This document shows, in pieces, positions 15,514-28,572 of a stretch of DNA of 64,000 nt. Source of the stretch: the human T2T-CHM13v2.0 reference genome, Homo sapiens. Within the stretch, counting starts at the first letter, position 1, and each line of letters starts with the position of its first letter. The position numbers were made by a program, and so were the translations under genes. The notes under the pieces were generated by a model. It ran no database searches. It was not told where the DNA came from and saw only the letters and a list, made by a program, of their open reading frames with translations. The DNA lies in the NCBI RefSeq assembly GCF_009914755.1, contig NC_060937.1; one strand, 5' to 3'.

Positions 15514-15729
15514 AGTGTATGTATGCTTCTCTGGAATGCAATATAGTACCTTGTAAAGAATCTGACTCTGACACTTGATTGTATAAAATTTGAGTCTGAA
15601 GTTTGAAATCCTGAATGAAATACAGCTAGCCCACTTACTATATAGTGACTTTGGCAAAATATTAGGCAATTACAAAAATGTGCATGCTAGAACTTTGGAT
15701 ATTGTCTCACAGCTGTTAAGTGTTCAGTT

Positions 15730-15890
15730 TTTTTCTCCTCCTCTTCTTATTCTTCTCCTTCTCCTTCTCTTCCTCCTTACCTTCCTCTTTTTCTTTTTCT
15801 TCTTTCTCCTCCTCCTCTTCTTCCTCCTACTCCTGAATCTCTGCTCCCCTTCCTCCGCCTTCTAGTCTTTCTCCTACTTCTTTTTTATTT
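15730..15890. repeat. (CTT/CTC)-rich low-complexity tract
   Basis: Direct reading. Confidence 0.9.
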
Positions 15891-16209
15891 TGCTCTATTT
15901 GCATTTCAGACTGTGTATTTTTACTGACTTATCCTAAAGTTCACTGATTTCTTTCTCAGCCATGTCATGTTACAGACGGGCCCATAAAGACATCCTTTAT
16001 CTGTTATTGTTTTGCTGTGTGTGATGGCATTATTTGTAAAATGAGCATTCAATTCGCTCTTATGATTTACATCTCTCTGCTGATATTTGTCTTGTAATCA
16101 TGCTTGTAATCTACCTTTTCCATCAGAGCTTTAAACATGCTATTTATTGTTATTTCAATAACAAAAATATTCTAATTTCAAAATATTATCATCCAATAAT
16201 AAATATCAT

Positions 16210-18250
16210 ATTCTTTAGCAGTCACTTCCCATTTGCTCTTTTCCCCTACCCCTGAAAATTACTATTCAACTTTTATCCTATTCATTTGCCTCTTCTGGAA
16301 ATTCTGTATAACTGGATTCATATAAGATGTATCCTTTTGTGTCTGGCTTCTTTCACTCATCATATGTTTTCAAGTCTCATCCTTGTTGAAGCACCAATGA
16401 ATACTTTATTCCTGTTTATAGACAAATATTTCATTGTATAGATAGACCACATTTTGCTTATCTATGGATCTATTGATAAACAATTTTTTTTCCACTGTAT
16501 AGCTAATATGAAAATGCTTCCATGAAAATTTATGTAAATGATTATTTGTGGAAACATATTTTCAATTACTTTGTCAAATTTCTGGGTCTTTTGGCAACTC
16601 TATATTTGACTTTTGAGGAACTCTTTTCCAAAGCAATTATACCATTTTATATTCCTACCAGCAATATATGAGTGTTCCAATTTTTCCATATTCTTGCTAA
16701 TACTTGTAATTGGCTGTATTTTCTAATTTTATTTATTCTAGTAGATGTTATGTGATATTTTGCTGTGATTTTAAATGATCTTTCCTGAATGACTAAAGAT
16801 GTTGAGCATCTTTCCATGTGCTTATTGGTAATTTGTAAATCTTCTTTGGAAAAAATGTCTATTCAATTCCTATGTCTATCTTTCAATTCAGTGGCTTGTC
16901 TAGTCCTTATCGAGTTTTAAAAATTTTAAACATATTCTGGATGATATAGCCTTACCTTTACCAGATTTATCATTTTCAAATATTTTCATGCATCCTGTGA
17001 GTCATCTTTTCACTGTCTTGATAGTGTCTTTTGAAGTTTTTTTCATTTTGATAAGTCAACTTCATTTTATCTTAATTGCTGTGCCATATGTATCATAATC
17101 ATATGTTAAAATGTTGCATATTCAACATCACAAAATGTGTAGTTATTTTTTTCTTCTATTCATGAGTTTAGCTCTCATTTAGATAATTAATCTTCAATTA
17201 ATTGTGATATATGGTGTGTAATAGGTGGCCCATTTAAGCGTCAGAATAATACTTGTTGAAAGACAATTTTTCTCTATTGAATAGTATAGGCACCTCTGTA
17301 GAGAAATAACTGACTCTCAATAAATGGGTTATTTTCTTGACTCTCAATTCTCAAGACCTATACATCGATGTATATTTCTAACCTTATTCCATTACTACAT
17401 ATTCTTGATTACTGTAACTTTTTAGCAAGTTTTGAAAACAAGTTATGTTTCCCAACTTTGTATTTTTTTCTCAAGATGTTTTGTACATTCTGTATCATTT
17501 GCATTTCCAAATGACGTTTAGAAACATTTTGTCAATTTATGCAAAAAAGACAGCTTGGATTTTGTTAGAAATTGTGCTGAATCTGTAGGTCAATTTAAAG
17601 TATATTGCCATCTTACAACATTACATTTAAAAATTCAGGAACATGTGACATTTTGCCATTGATTTAAGTTTATTTTCTTTCATCAATGTTGGTAGTTTTT
17701 AGTGTACAAGAGTTGTGTTTTTGGGGTGAATTTATTCTTAGGTATTTTATTCTTTTTGAAGCCATGAAAATGTAATTGTTTTCTTAATTTCATATTCAGT
17801 GGTTCACTGTTAGTGCCTAGAAATACAATTAAGTTTTGTCCATTAATCTTACAACCTGCAACCTCATTGAACTTGTTTGAATTTTTTAGTGTTTATGTGG
17901 ATTTTTTACTATTTTCTCTATACAAAATTATGTTGTCTGCAAATGAAGATGCTTTTACTTATTCCTCTTTTACTGGATTATATTTCGTTTATTTGTTTTG
18001 TTCAACTGTCCTGGGTAAAGCATCCATTAAAATATTAAAAATAAATTAAAGAGTGGACATTCTTGCCTTGTTTCTGATTTAGAGAGGAAAATTTCAGGCT
18101 TTCATCAATAAGTTAGTTAGCATTACATAGATGCCTTTTCAGTGGTTAGAACATTCTCTTCATTTCCTAGCTTCGTAGTTTCCTATTTCTTTATCATTAA
18201 AGGGTATTTGATTTGATCAAATTATCTGTATCTGAATCTATTAGGAGATC
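16210..18250 (-). mobile_element. Old L1M (L1MB/MC-like) fragment
   Basis: Antisense L1 motifs CTGGCTTCTTTCACTCA, GATGTTGAGCATCTTTCCATGTGCTTATTGG, TGAATCTGTAGGTCAATTT, AGAGTGGACATTCTTGCCTTGTTTCTGAT. Confidence 0.85.
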
Positions 18251-20149
18251 ATGTCTATTTAATTCCTATGTCTGCCTTTTAATTCGAGGACTTATTTATT
18301 TCTTATTGAGTTTAAAAAAGTCAATATATTTTTAAATATTAAAAAAATTAAATATATTTTTATTTACTGTGTTTTTCATTTTTTTCAACTTTGTTTTCTG
18401 AACAAAACCATAGTACAAAAATATTTTTCAAGCTTACATGACAAATTTGTGTTTAAATTTCCAGCCATTTTGGAAATTTTATCTTGTACCTGTTTTGTGG
18501 CAGATGCTATGCATATGTTATCTACCTAGGTGTTATTTAAGCATTTAAGCAATGTCTTATTAGTGCCTCAGTAGAATTACAGTTTATAGATCACTTTGCA
18601 AGTAGATGAGATACTAAAATCCAGTGTTCTTCAGATGTGAAAATCCATACTTCCTACTTTATCATGACTTTTCTTGATCACATATTATACACATAAACAC
18701 ACACACATAGAAAATTTAGTGTGTGGGCAGTAGTTTCTCTATTTTTCCATTAGAGAAAATATCAGTGAGATTGGGAATCAGTGGACAGACAAGTAGGACA
18801 AAACAAAGGATGCCCTTCTGATAGAAATTTTCAACTTACAAATAAACACTTTGGACATTTTATTTAGCACTTGTCATCTGAGTGGTTATTTACATAAGTT
18901 TTTTTCCTTGCTATATGAGGTTATCTTTATGCTCAGTAATTTTACATTAAGACAATTTTGTCGGTAAACCTGGAGATCTGATGCTATTTTGTTGAAGCAA
19001 AGCTCTGTTAGACAGAGCTTTAAGTACAAAGGGCTCATAACAAACTAGTTACTTAATTTCATTATGTACTCTGTTACATTAGCAATTACAAATAGCTTTT
19101 TCAGTGTATGTGAAATCATGATTTTCATCAAAGTTTATTTGAAACACTATCAGTACATTTTATTAACTTATTATTTGAGTGTAATAACAAAACCATATGA
19201 AAGAAAAACAAGGTTGCAATCAATTTTTATCTTTCCACCAAAAGAAAATTTAACTCTTCATATTTATCATAATTTATCATTTTGAACACCACAAGTTAAA
19301 AGACTGAAAAATCCTTGTAGCTATATTCTGTAAATTGAGGATCTCCCAGGATAACACAGTAAGAAACATGAAATTCTGGAGACATTTTCCACTCCATTTT
19401 ACTATTCCATCTTATATAAGAGACAATTTATGATTTTCCAAATGAGGTAATGAAAATAAGAAGCAATCATCCAGGCAGGTGTGTTTTAAAATTGCACATT
19501 TTTTTTCAAAAGGGATGTTCTAAAGACTTTCACTTGAAATAAGGTAAAATCACAAGATGATCAGAGACATAGAAGAGCTTAGCTAGAGAATACAGTTCAG
19601 AAAAATGTTGGCTCAGAAGCAATGAAACACATCTTGAGTTTTAATTTTGGATTGAGATTTAGACTTAGATCAGACTGCTACTGCAAAAATCACCCACTGA
19701 GTGAATACTACTTTGTGTGCTCCACAATCACCACCATCCCACAAAGTGCGGAAAGGCACTACTTTTTTTTAGATTATTGAACTTTCATTTTTTCACACCT
19801 CCTTCACATGCAGCTGGAGAGGCTTAAAGTCTCAGTAATAGGTTTGATTCATTGCTGCCGCTCTGAAGACTTAGTTTTCATATTTTTAGATTTTCACTAA
19901 GAGAGAAGAAACACATTAAGAGTTCATATATTTCAGAAGGCATTTTCTATTATTGAATCATTTAAATATTTTTTTAGTTAAAAATGTCCTTATCTCGAAG
20001 TAAGAATGACCAAATAATATAAATATCACACATGCACAATTAACATTTTGAGAATAATCTCAATGGTACAAATTAATAATTCATACTATCCTGAAATAAT
20101 AAATATGTTCTAGATGTCCTCAAATTAATACATAAAAGAGAATAAATTT

Positions 20150-20360
20150 ATGTGCAAAACTAAGCATATATTGTACACATTATTTAACCATGCAGATATA
20201 TTTATACACACAGACAGATTGTATATATACACACAGATATATATATATACACACACATACACATATACCAGTAACCATTCTAAACTTGATATGAAGCATA
20301 CACATATATAATTTGATGTTACATTGTATATATAATGCATATATACATACATATATTCAA
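20150..20360. repeat. TA/CA low-complexity tract
   Basis: Direct reading. Confidence 0.75.
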
Positions 20361-21017
20361 TAATGCCTTATTCATGTGTTAGAATAATTTAAATTTCCAT
20401 GTTATGCAATAAATTTGAATTTAAATATAATTGTGAATTACTATTAATTTATTATATTAATTTCCACCCTAGTCAGCTACTAATCAACATCTACATAGGC
20501 AGGTAGAAACATATGATTAACACAATGTTAAACAAAAATAATATACTTTCTTTTGTATTAACACTTATCAATCCTATAACCTGTAAATATTTGTCAAAAT
20601 TAAGATTGAATAGTAATACCAAGGTAAAAAAATAGTGATTGAATTTTTCTTTTTCCCCAAATGTACTTATTCTTAATATGTAGATTTTGTGTCTTCAGGA
20701 GGCATTCATAATTTATCTTCCACAAATCACTGTGGCTGCAAACTTTGCTAGCTAAAAATTTCATTTAAACACTAAATTTTCATTCCTGTTTTAATATCTA
20801 CTTACAAAATTGAAAATAAAACTACTGGGAGAGTGGTGCTTTTTACTATTTCATCTAGGGAAGAACTAACTTAATGGCATATTAAAACTAAAATAAAATG
20901 TTTTATTAGATTCACATGTGTGAGCTAAATTACACAAAAATATTTTCCACAATCTATATCTTCTACCATATAAACTTTATGTAAATTATCTTACACATAT
21001 ATTCATCTATTGAAGTG

Positions 21018-21422
21018 TGTTATTGTCACCCTTCAAAGGGGAGATGAACCCCTGTTCCACCTCCCAAAATTTGATTTAAATGTCACAACTGATGACATCA
21101 CATGTGCATCAAGCAGGTGTGAGTAAATTTACTTCTCGTAGATGAGGCTTTCTGGGGAGGGCAGAGCAGGCTCTCAAGCAGTCCAAAAAGAGGAGGAAAG
21201 GCAACTGGATTTGGTTTTTATTATGGTCAGAAAGTAGGGCTCACCTGAGGGTTGCCATGTGGGCAGGGTCTTACATGATTTTAATTGCTCACTAGTGCCC
21301 AAGGAGGGAACACCTGGGATCTCTTACCAGTTTACCTAAATGTTGAGGAGAAGGGAAGGAGGAATAGCAGGGCTTGCAATCTGTCAGAAATCAAATATCA
21401 AAAATAGAGTAAGACTATTACA
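21018..21422 (-). mobile_element. LTR37A/B-like solo LTR
   Basis: Reverse complement begins TGTAATAGTCTTACTCTATTTTTGATATTTGA; ATGAGGCTTTCTGGGGAGGGCAGAGCAGGC core; flanks AAGTG/ACGTG. Confidence 0.8.
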
Positions 21423-22644
21423 ACGTGACAGAAATAAACTACCTGCATTAAAGTACTATTTGTGAAAAACAGAACGCTTATTTTTATTTAACTAGAAACA
21501 GTATTCTTTGAAATGATTATTGATTCAAAATATGTAGCTATACTCTTTATAATGAGTAATAAAGACTAATTTATGGATCCCATGCATCACATTTTAAGCA
21601 AATTTAGTTGAAGAACTCTGTTTATCACTGTAAGGCTCTGTTTTTAACACAGACAATATGTCTGTCTTGTTTGCTGCCAGTCTGCTTGGCATTTTCCAAT
21701 TTTCTTAAGCATCTCTGAGTTTTGTCTTTAAAAAAATAAAATTTCATTATTCCAGTTTCTTACAGGGTATCTCCATCAAATGGATTTTCAGTCTTATTTA
21801 TCTGGCTTTCTTTCAAAGCAGATGGTAACACCATGTACATTTTCTCCTCAACTTAAAATTATTTTTCCTGTCTTTTCATGTCTTTGATAGACTTCCTAAT
21901 AGGATAAAAAATTGCTTTACCTGATGGATATTCAGTGATGTTTCTGCTTCTTCAAGATATGCCAAACATATCTTCTGGGCAGTGCAAAAAAAAAGAAACA
22001 AAATGCATAAACGTTATATAGGATACTTGAGTTGTTTTTCCATGACTTAAATTTTCAAAATACACGTGATGTGATTTCTTAAAACCTCCCCCATTAATTA
22101 GGCTGTTGAAATACAGGTCACAGAATTGATATTTTCATAAAACCATGAAAAAACTATAATACTTATAAATTTAATAAATCTGAACAAATATTTCATAGTA
22201 GCCTTAACTGTTAAATAAGTTAAATCTAGCAAAAGACATATTAAAAGATAATTATACTAAACTTTTATTTTTAGGATGTTACCATTTCTAAGACACGTCT
22301 TTCAAAGCTTATATACTCATACATTTCAGGAAAAAGCCAAGGAGCTATTAATATTTTTGGATCCTTTATTATTCATAATAATAATTCTAAAATTTTCCTT
22401 ATCATGTCTCCCTCTGAATTGTCTTTAATCAGCATGAGAGAACTAATAGAAACAATTTTTGAAGTGGGACAAGGTATCATTGAATGATCTTTTGTTCCTT
22501 ATTTCAGGGAGTAAAATAATGTACTAGAAATAAAAGACACTAACATATGCCAGTGAATGCTTGTGATTTTATAAACAGAATGACTCCAGGACAATATTCT
22601 ACTCAAATCCCTGGGGAAGGATAACACTAGAGGAAGACTCCTAA

Positions 22645-22890
22645 AACAATTTAGATGTGGTGGAAGTGAAGTTCTTCCACAACAAGGGCAGTTGTCTGTG
22701 GAAGATGTAACCACAATGGTGCTGTGTACACCCAAACTGTGTACCCTTAAAATCTCTGACCCTGGAAAAACTAGAGAAAATGCATCAAGCAGCATGGGAT
22801 ACAATTTGCCAACAAGAAATGGCAGAAAAGGAACAATGGCAAATACCCCCACTGAATGATAACTTAGCACTTTAGGGAAACAATCTGACT
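22645..22890 (+). pseudogene. BBIP1: Processed pseudogene of BBIP1 (BBSome-interacting protein 1)
   Basis: Frameshift-corrected translation [66 protein letters not shown] aligns with recalled BBIP1 (DMAEVKSMFREVLPKQG...[45 protein letters not shown]); intronless, ATG changed to GTG, ~16-nt deletion, two +1 insertions, parental stop TGA at 22853-22855. Confidence 0.88.
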
Positions 22891-23744
22891 ACAACCTGAA
22901 GGTTTGTAGAGTGTGGTTCTTCAGTAGGTTGCATGCCTACTTGAGACTGCATAGAGAAAGGTCACTGGTTCAGATTCTTAAGAAGATAGATCCTGCCAAA
23001 CAACGTATTATATCAACCTACTGCACATCAAATTTTAGTAATCAGAATCACATTAGGAAAACTCTTATTATCAAATATGACAAATTGAAGGATCCACAGT
23101 CATCTTTCTTATTTCACTCCAATCCTTAGAGTGCCTCTAACACGTAGAATGTGTGAAATTGATCTGGTATTGAATTAAACCTAAATACTACTCTAATTTG
23201 GTAGATTCTATCACCATCATGAGAGAGGATAATTTTAAAAGCGTAATAATTTAGTGGAAGAAATGAAGACAGTACACATCTTATTGTTCTCTCTCTCTCT
23301 TCATTAATAGAACAAAACTTTAAATAGGAAGGTTTGGAGTATTTTAATTTTAAAACCATAGTGCCTTCTGCCTAAAAAGAGATCATTAAAAAATAGCAAT
23401 TTTTTTCTTCAAGAACATTTTTCTTCCCCTTCAACTTGTCCTCTACATCCATATATTTTTCAAGGAGCTATTGGCTTCATATATGCTACCCATTCTGAAG
23501 GTTAAGTTGACCGGTCAGCGTCAAGAGAGCTAGGATATTATTTCTTTTCACTGGAATTTTTGGGATAAGAGTTTGATAGCAGCTTTTTCAGTGTCCTTCT
23601 GGGGTATAAAATTTATATAAAAGAGTGGTTGCAAACTATTTTTTCTGATATGAGATCAAAGTCTAAGGTAAAATGAATAAAAGAAGGGATGAGTTCAGAA
23701 GTGTGCAAATAATATAATAAACAAGATAGAGATATGTGTTAAGA

Positions 23745-23931
23745 AAAGACAACTCTTTTTGGTGGGGTGGATGTCTTGTACATTATAGAATGTTTAGCAG
23801 CATTTCTGCCTTCAGCTCACTAAATGGCAATAGCATCCTCCCTTCCTGTTGTGACAACCAAAAATGTCTGCAGACATTTCCAAATGTCTCTTCAGTAGAG
23901 GAACAAAATCATCCCTGGTTGAGAACTACTG
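23745..23931 (-). mobile_element. MER20 hAT-Charlie fossil
   Basis: GTTGTGACAACCAAAAATGTCTGCAGACATTTCCAAATGTC...CCCTGGTTGAGAACTACTG. Confidence 0.9.
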
Positions 23932-24945
23932 GGCTAGAGTAACAACATAATTCATAGGCGTATGGAGAATTGCCGTCCATTGACTCTACAACAGGAAGAG
24001 AATAAAACAAAGAATGTAACTCTGAAAAGAATAATACTAAATGGTGAACAGAAAAAAAAGAATGTGAAAGGGGATTTGAAAAGAGCAAATAGACACTATA
24101 AAGAAGATTTCAGACTAAGTGAAAACACAAATACCAAAGGCAAAGAGAGTCTGACAGAGACCAAAAAGAGGATTATATAAGTGTTAAGTTAGACAAGACC
24201 TTTTAAAAAAGCCATTTTAACATAAGTGTAATTTAAAAGTGCTATGTTCATGACTCGCAGTCTCTAGACATGGTAACAGGACTTCATATGAGGAGGTAAT
24301 CAGTGTTGCATGGGATCAAGTATTTTCAAGAGTAGTATGATTGTTTCTACAGCATTGTAATTCTTAATTTACAATGTTTAGCTACTCTTTGTGACATCAT
24401 TAAGTCCTAAAATATGTCTTCCATATAAAAGAATAATGAAATTTAATATAATCAGACATAAGAGGAAAGAAATCACAAATATCTTCAGTGAATATTTAGG
24501 TTGTATATAAAAATGAATGAATTAAAATTTTTTATGTGTTGAATTAATTTTTAAAGGAGAAGATAATTACAATTGAATCATATAAGGTAGAAGTATTTTA
24601 TGTATCCATCTTATATTTAAAAGTATGTCTTTAAATATTTATATTTCGTTTTGTAGAATTAATACAAGCAGGTCTTAGTAAAACAATTAAGTCTCAGTGT
24701 AACAAAAGCATTAAGTGATACTTAAATGTGTATTTTTATCCTATATTTCATGAGAATATTTGATTGTTATAATGACAGAAGAAAACATTTCTGGATGAGC
24801 AAACAGGGAAAAAAAAAAGACTGCTATACAACTTTAGCATCTCTGTTTATAGCAGCCAGTGAAGCAAGGTGAAAACATGAGAACTTGTGTGAACATGAGA
24901 GCTTGCCATAAAACAATTTTGGCTGATTTTTAAAAGGAATCACCA

Positions 24946-25241
24946 GCCGGGTGCGGTGGCTCACGCCTGTAATCCCAGCACTTTGGGAGGACGAGACGGG
25001 TGGATCATGAGGTCAGGAGATTGAGATTACCCTAGCTAACACTGTGAAACTTCATCTCTACTGAAAATACAAAAAATTAGCCCGGTGCGGTGGCGGGTGC
25101 CTGTAGTCCCAGCTATTAGGGAGGCTTAGGCATGAGAATGGCGTGAACCCGGGAGACGGAGTTTGCAGTGAGCTGAGATCACGCCACTGCACTCCAGCCT
25201 GAGCAATAGAGTGAGACTACATCTCAAAAAAAAAAAAAAAA
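24946..25241 (+). mobile_element. AluY
   Basis: AluY diagnostics (GGATCATGAGGTCAGGAGATTGAGA, GCTAACAC, GAATGGCGTGAACCCGGGAG); perfect TSD AAAAGGAATCACCA. Confidence 0.95.
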
Positions 25242-25255
25242 AAAAGGAATCACCA

Positions 25256-26397
25256 ATACCATTCAGGACATAGGCATTGGCAAAGACTTCATGACTAAAA
25301 CACCAAAAGCAATTGCAACTAAAGCTAAAATTGAGAAACGAGATCTAATCAAACTAAAGAGCTTCTGCACAGCAGAAGAAACTATCATCAGAGTGAACAG
25401 GCAACCTACAGAATGGGAGAACATTTTTGCAAGATACCAATCTTCCAAGGTCTAATATCGAGAATCTAAAAGGAACTTAAACAAATTTACAAGAAAAAAA
25501 CAAACACCCCCATCCAAAAGTGGGTAAAGAATAGGAACAGACACTTCTCAGAAGAAGACATTTATGCGGCTCGCTAACATATGGAAAAAAGCTCATCATC
25601 ACTGGTCATTAGAGAAATGCAAATCAAAATCACAATGAGATACCATCTCACTCTAGTTAGAATAGCGATTATTAAAAAGTCAGGAAACAATAGATGCTGG
25701 CAAGGCTGTGGAGAAATAGGAATGCTTTCACACTGTGGGTAGGAATGTAAATTAGTTCAATCATTATGGAAGACAATGTGGCGATTCCTCTAGGATCCAA
25801 AACCAGAAATGCCATTTGACCCAGCAATTCCATTACTCCGTATATACGCAAAGGATTATAAATCATTCTGCTATAAGGGCACATGCACACATATGTTTAT
25901 TGCAGCATTATTTACAATAGCAAAGACTTGGAACCAACCCAAATGCCCATCAATTATAGACTGGATAAAGAAAAGGTGACACATATATACCATAGAATAC
26001 TATGCAGCCATAAAAAAGAATGAGTTCTTGTCCTTTGCAGGGACATGAATGAAGCTGGAAGCCATCATTCTCTGCCAACTAACACAGGAACAGAAAACCA
26101 AACACCACATGTTCTCACTCACAAGTGGGAACTGAACAATGAAAGCACATGGACCCAGGGAGTGGAACATCACACACTGGGTCCTGTGGGGGGTGGGGGA
26201 CAAGGGGAGGGAGAGTATTAGGACAAATACTTAATGCACGAGGGGCTTAAAACCTAGATGACAGGTTGATGGGTGAAGCAAACCACCATGACACATGTAT
26301 ATCTATGTAACAAACCTGCATGTTCTGCACAAGTATCCCAGAACTTAAAGTAAAATTTTTAAAAAAGAGAAAATATTAAAAATAATTTAAAAAAAAA
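25256..26397 (+). mobile_element. L1PA8-like 5'-truncated LINE-1
   Basis: ATACCATTCAGGACATAGGC...; 3' UTR GGAGAGTATTAGGACAAATACTTAATGCACGAGGGGCTTAAAACCTAGATGAC; A-rich tail. Confidence 0.92.
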
Positions 26398-27805
26398 GGA
26401 GTGGCCAATGAAGGGCTTGAAATTTGTCTGCTTATTTGGCATCATGCAGGGTATGATTCAAAGATTTCTTCTTAGCCCCTTTAATCATACTTAGAATTTT
26501 CACTGTATATGTTAAAATGTATTTCCATTTCAAATAATCTAGTTTTCCTTAATAATTTCGATTTAACTATGTTGTTAGAAAAGAGATGAGTGGGAAAAAT
26601 ATATATCATGTACAACTGTATATCTATGAATAAAATATGTGATTATCTCATATGCAAATACATTTGATTTCTTAAATTTGTGGCAAGTAAGCTATAATTT
26701 TAATTATACTTTGCTTTGGGAGGAAAGAAGTTTACCCTTTTAGTTTAATTTATAAGTATTACTTATTGAATATGCTTCTACCATTATTTAAATTCCATGT
26801 AGAGAAATGAATATATAAGTTAGTTTCTGTACAAAAGAAACTAAATTATGGTATAAAATGAAAGACTAAACATGGTACAATATGAAATTTTTCCATATTT
26901 TGTCGGACATGTAATGGCCTTGAAGACCAAATGAGAATTACTGTCAAATAGTCAGCTTTCCTGTTCTAACATTATACAGATACTGCTTTTTCTTAATAGC
27001 TGAAGGAATTTCTAGGATTGTACTAATTTATTATATCATAACAGGTATAAAAAGTTTAAATCATGAAAAAGCCCAAAGAAGTCAAAATCAGGGTATTAAT
27101 TAGCCTGGATAAGTACAATAAATTCAGGCACGAAAGAGATTATGACAACTTTTTAATTACTAAAGTGATGTAATGGAGAAAATGAATGTTGATGTGTGGA
27201 AATGATTATTTCACTGCAACAAATGAAATCTTAGGTATATAAAGTGATTATAGAAATAGATTTTATGTTCTTTTTAAATTTTCATATTGATTGTGGGTTC
27301 TATGGAACAATTTTACATGTCAATTAAGCATTTTATGAGTTTTCTTATGACATTTTTGCCTATTTTTTTTCCTTTGGAAATGTGGGTATTTCCATTAATT
27401 TTTCTGAAAGTAAGTAATTTAGATAGCCAAATCAGGGGAAAAATGTTTTTAAAGGAGAATAATTTATGTAAGCAAAGAAACAGCATTAGGAATGGTCATT
27501 ATATATTAATTGGATAGTGAAGACATTGTCTGATTAAAGAATGTGCATTGATGCCGAAAGAAATTTGTTGGATCAGGAGGGTGAAATCTAGAATTTTAAA
27601 AATAGGAAAAAAAATTCAGGTAGTCAGTGGATATTTGAGCTATAATATATTTGAGAATAGGCAATTAACCTAAGCAAGGCAGCCTTCAGATAAACAAAGT
27701 GGTTTAAAGAAGAAGAAATTGTAGACAGCAACTTCAGTTAAATAACACTATTATAGCAATTCAAGTTCAAGGTGACTAAGAGATAGAATAATGTGTAGGC
27801 TGAAT

Positions 27806-28305
27806 ACCATAATTCCCCCTTATCTGAGAGGGATACATTTCAAAATCCCCAGTGGATGCTGGAAGCCATGGATAGTATGCAACTCTATATATACTATGTT
27901 TTTTTTCCTGTACATACATACTGATGATGCAGTTTAATTTATAAATTAGGCACAGTAAGAGATTATCAGCTACTCTTTGGCATATATTTTGATTCTCTTT
28001 GACATATATGAATTGCCAGCATCTGTAATCTTGTGCACTGGGACTACCATTAAGTACAATAAAGATTACTTAAACACAGGTACTGTGATATTGCAACAGT
28101 CAATGTGATAATTTAGATGGCGACTCAGTGGCTAATGGGCAGATGGTGTCTACAGTGTCGACATGATGGACAAAGGGGTGAATAAAGTCCCAGGCTGGAC
28201 TGAGCAGATGATGTGAGATTTAATCACACTACTCAGAATGATGCTCAATTTAAAATGTATGGATTATTTCTAAAATTTTTCATTTAATATTTTTGGACGA
28301 CCATA
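27806..28305 (-). mobile_element. MER44 (TcMar-Tigger) fossil
   Basis: CCCCCTTATCTGAGAGGGATACATTTCAAAATCCCCAGTGGATGC; AGTTTAATTTATAAATTAGGCACAGTAAGAGATTA; TGGACAAAGGG. Confidence 0.85.
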
Positions 28306-28359
28306 ATATTCACAACATCTAATGGCATACATAGTATTAAGGTAATATTAAAACACGTA

Positions 28360-28572
28360 AGAGCAGACACTTTGATATAAGCCAGATATTGTCAAATCTC
28401 AACATACAACATATCTTTGAAATTTTGGTTGAGTTACTTAACTTTCTAAACATTAGTTTTCTCTCCAGTAAAACGAAAATACTGATCCTTAGCTCATAAA
28501 ATTATCATGAAAAGTAAATAAGAAAGCATATGTAAAATACTTTGTAGAGAATAAAGGTCTCCAAATGTTAAC
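28360..28572 (+). mobile_element. MIR SINE
   Basis: GAGTTACTTAACTTTCT...AGTTTTCTCTCCAGTAAAACG core. Confidence 0.65.

Noticed and set aside
22499-22870. 123-aa minus-strand ORF
   Set aside because: Antisense shadow of the BBIP1 retrocopy; no independent support.
23962-24180. Lys/Glu-rich 72-aa ORF
   Set aside because: Purine-rich composition explains the openness; no recognisable protein or splice context.
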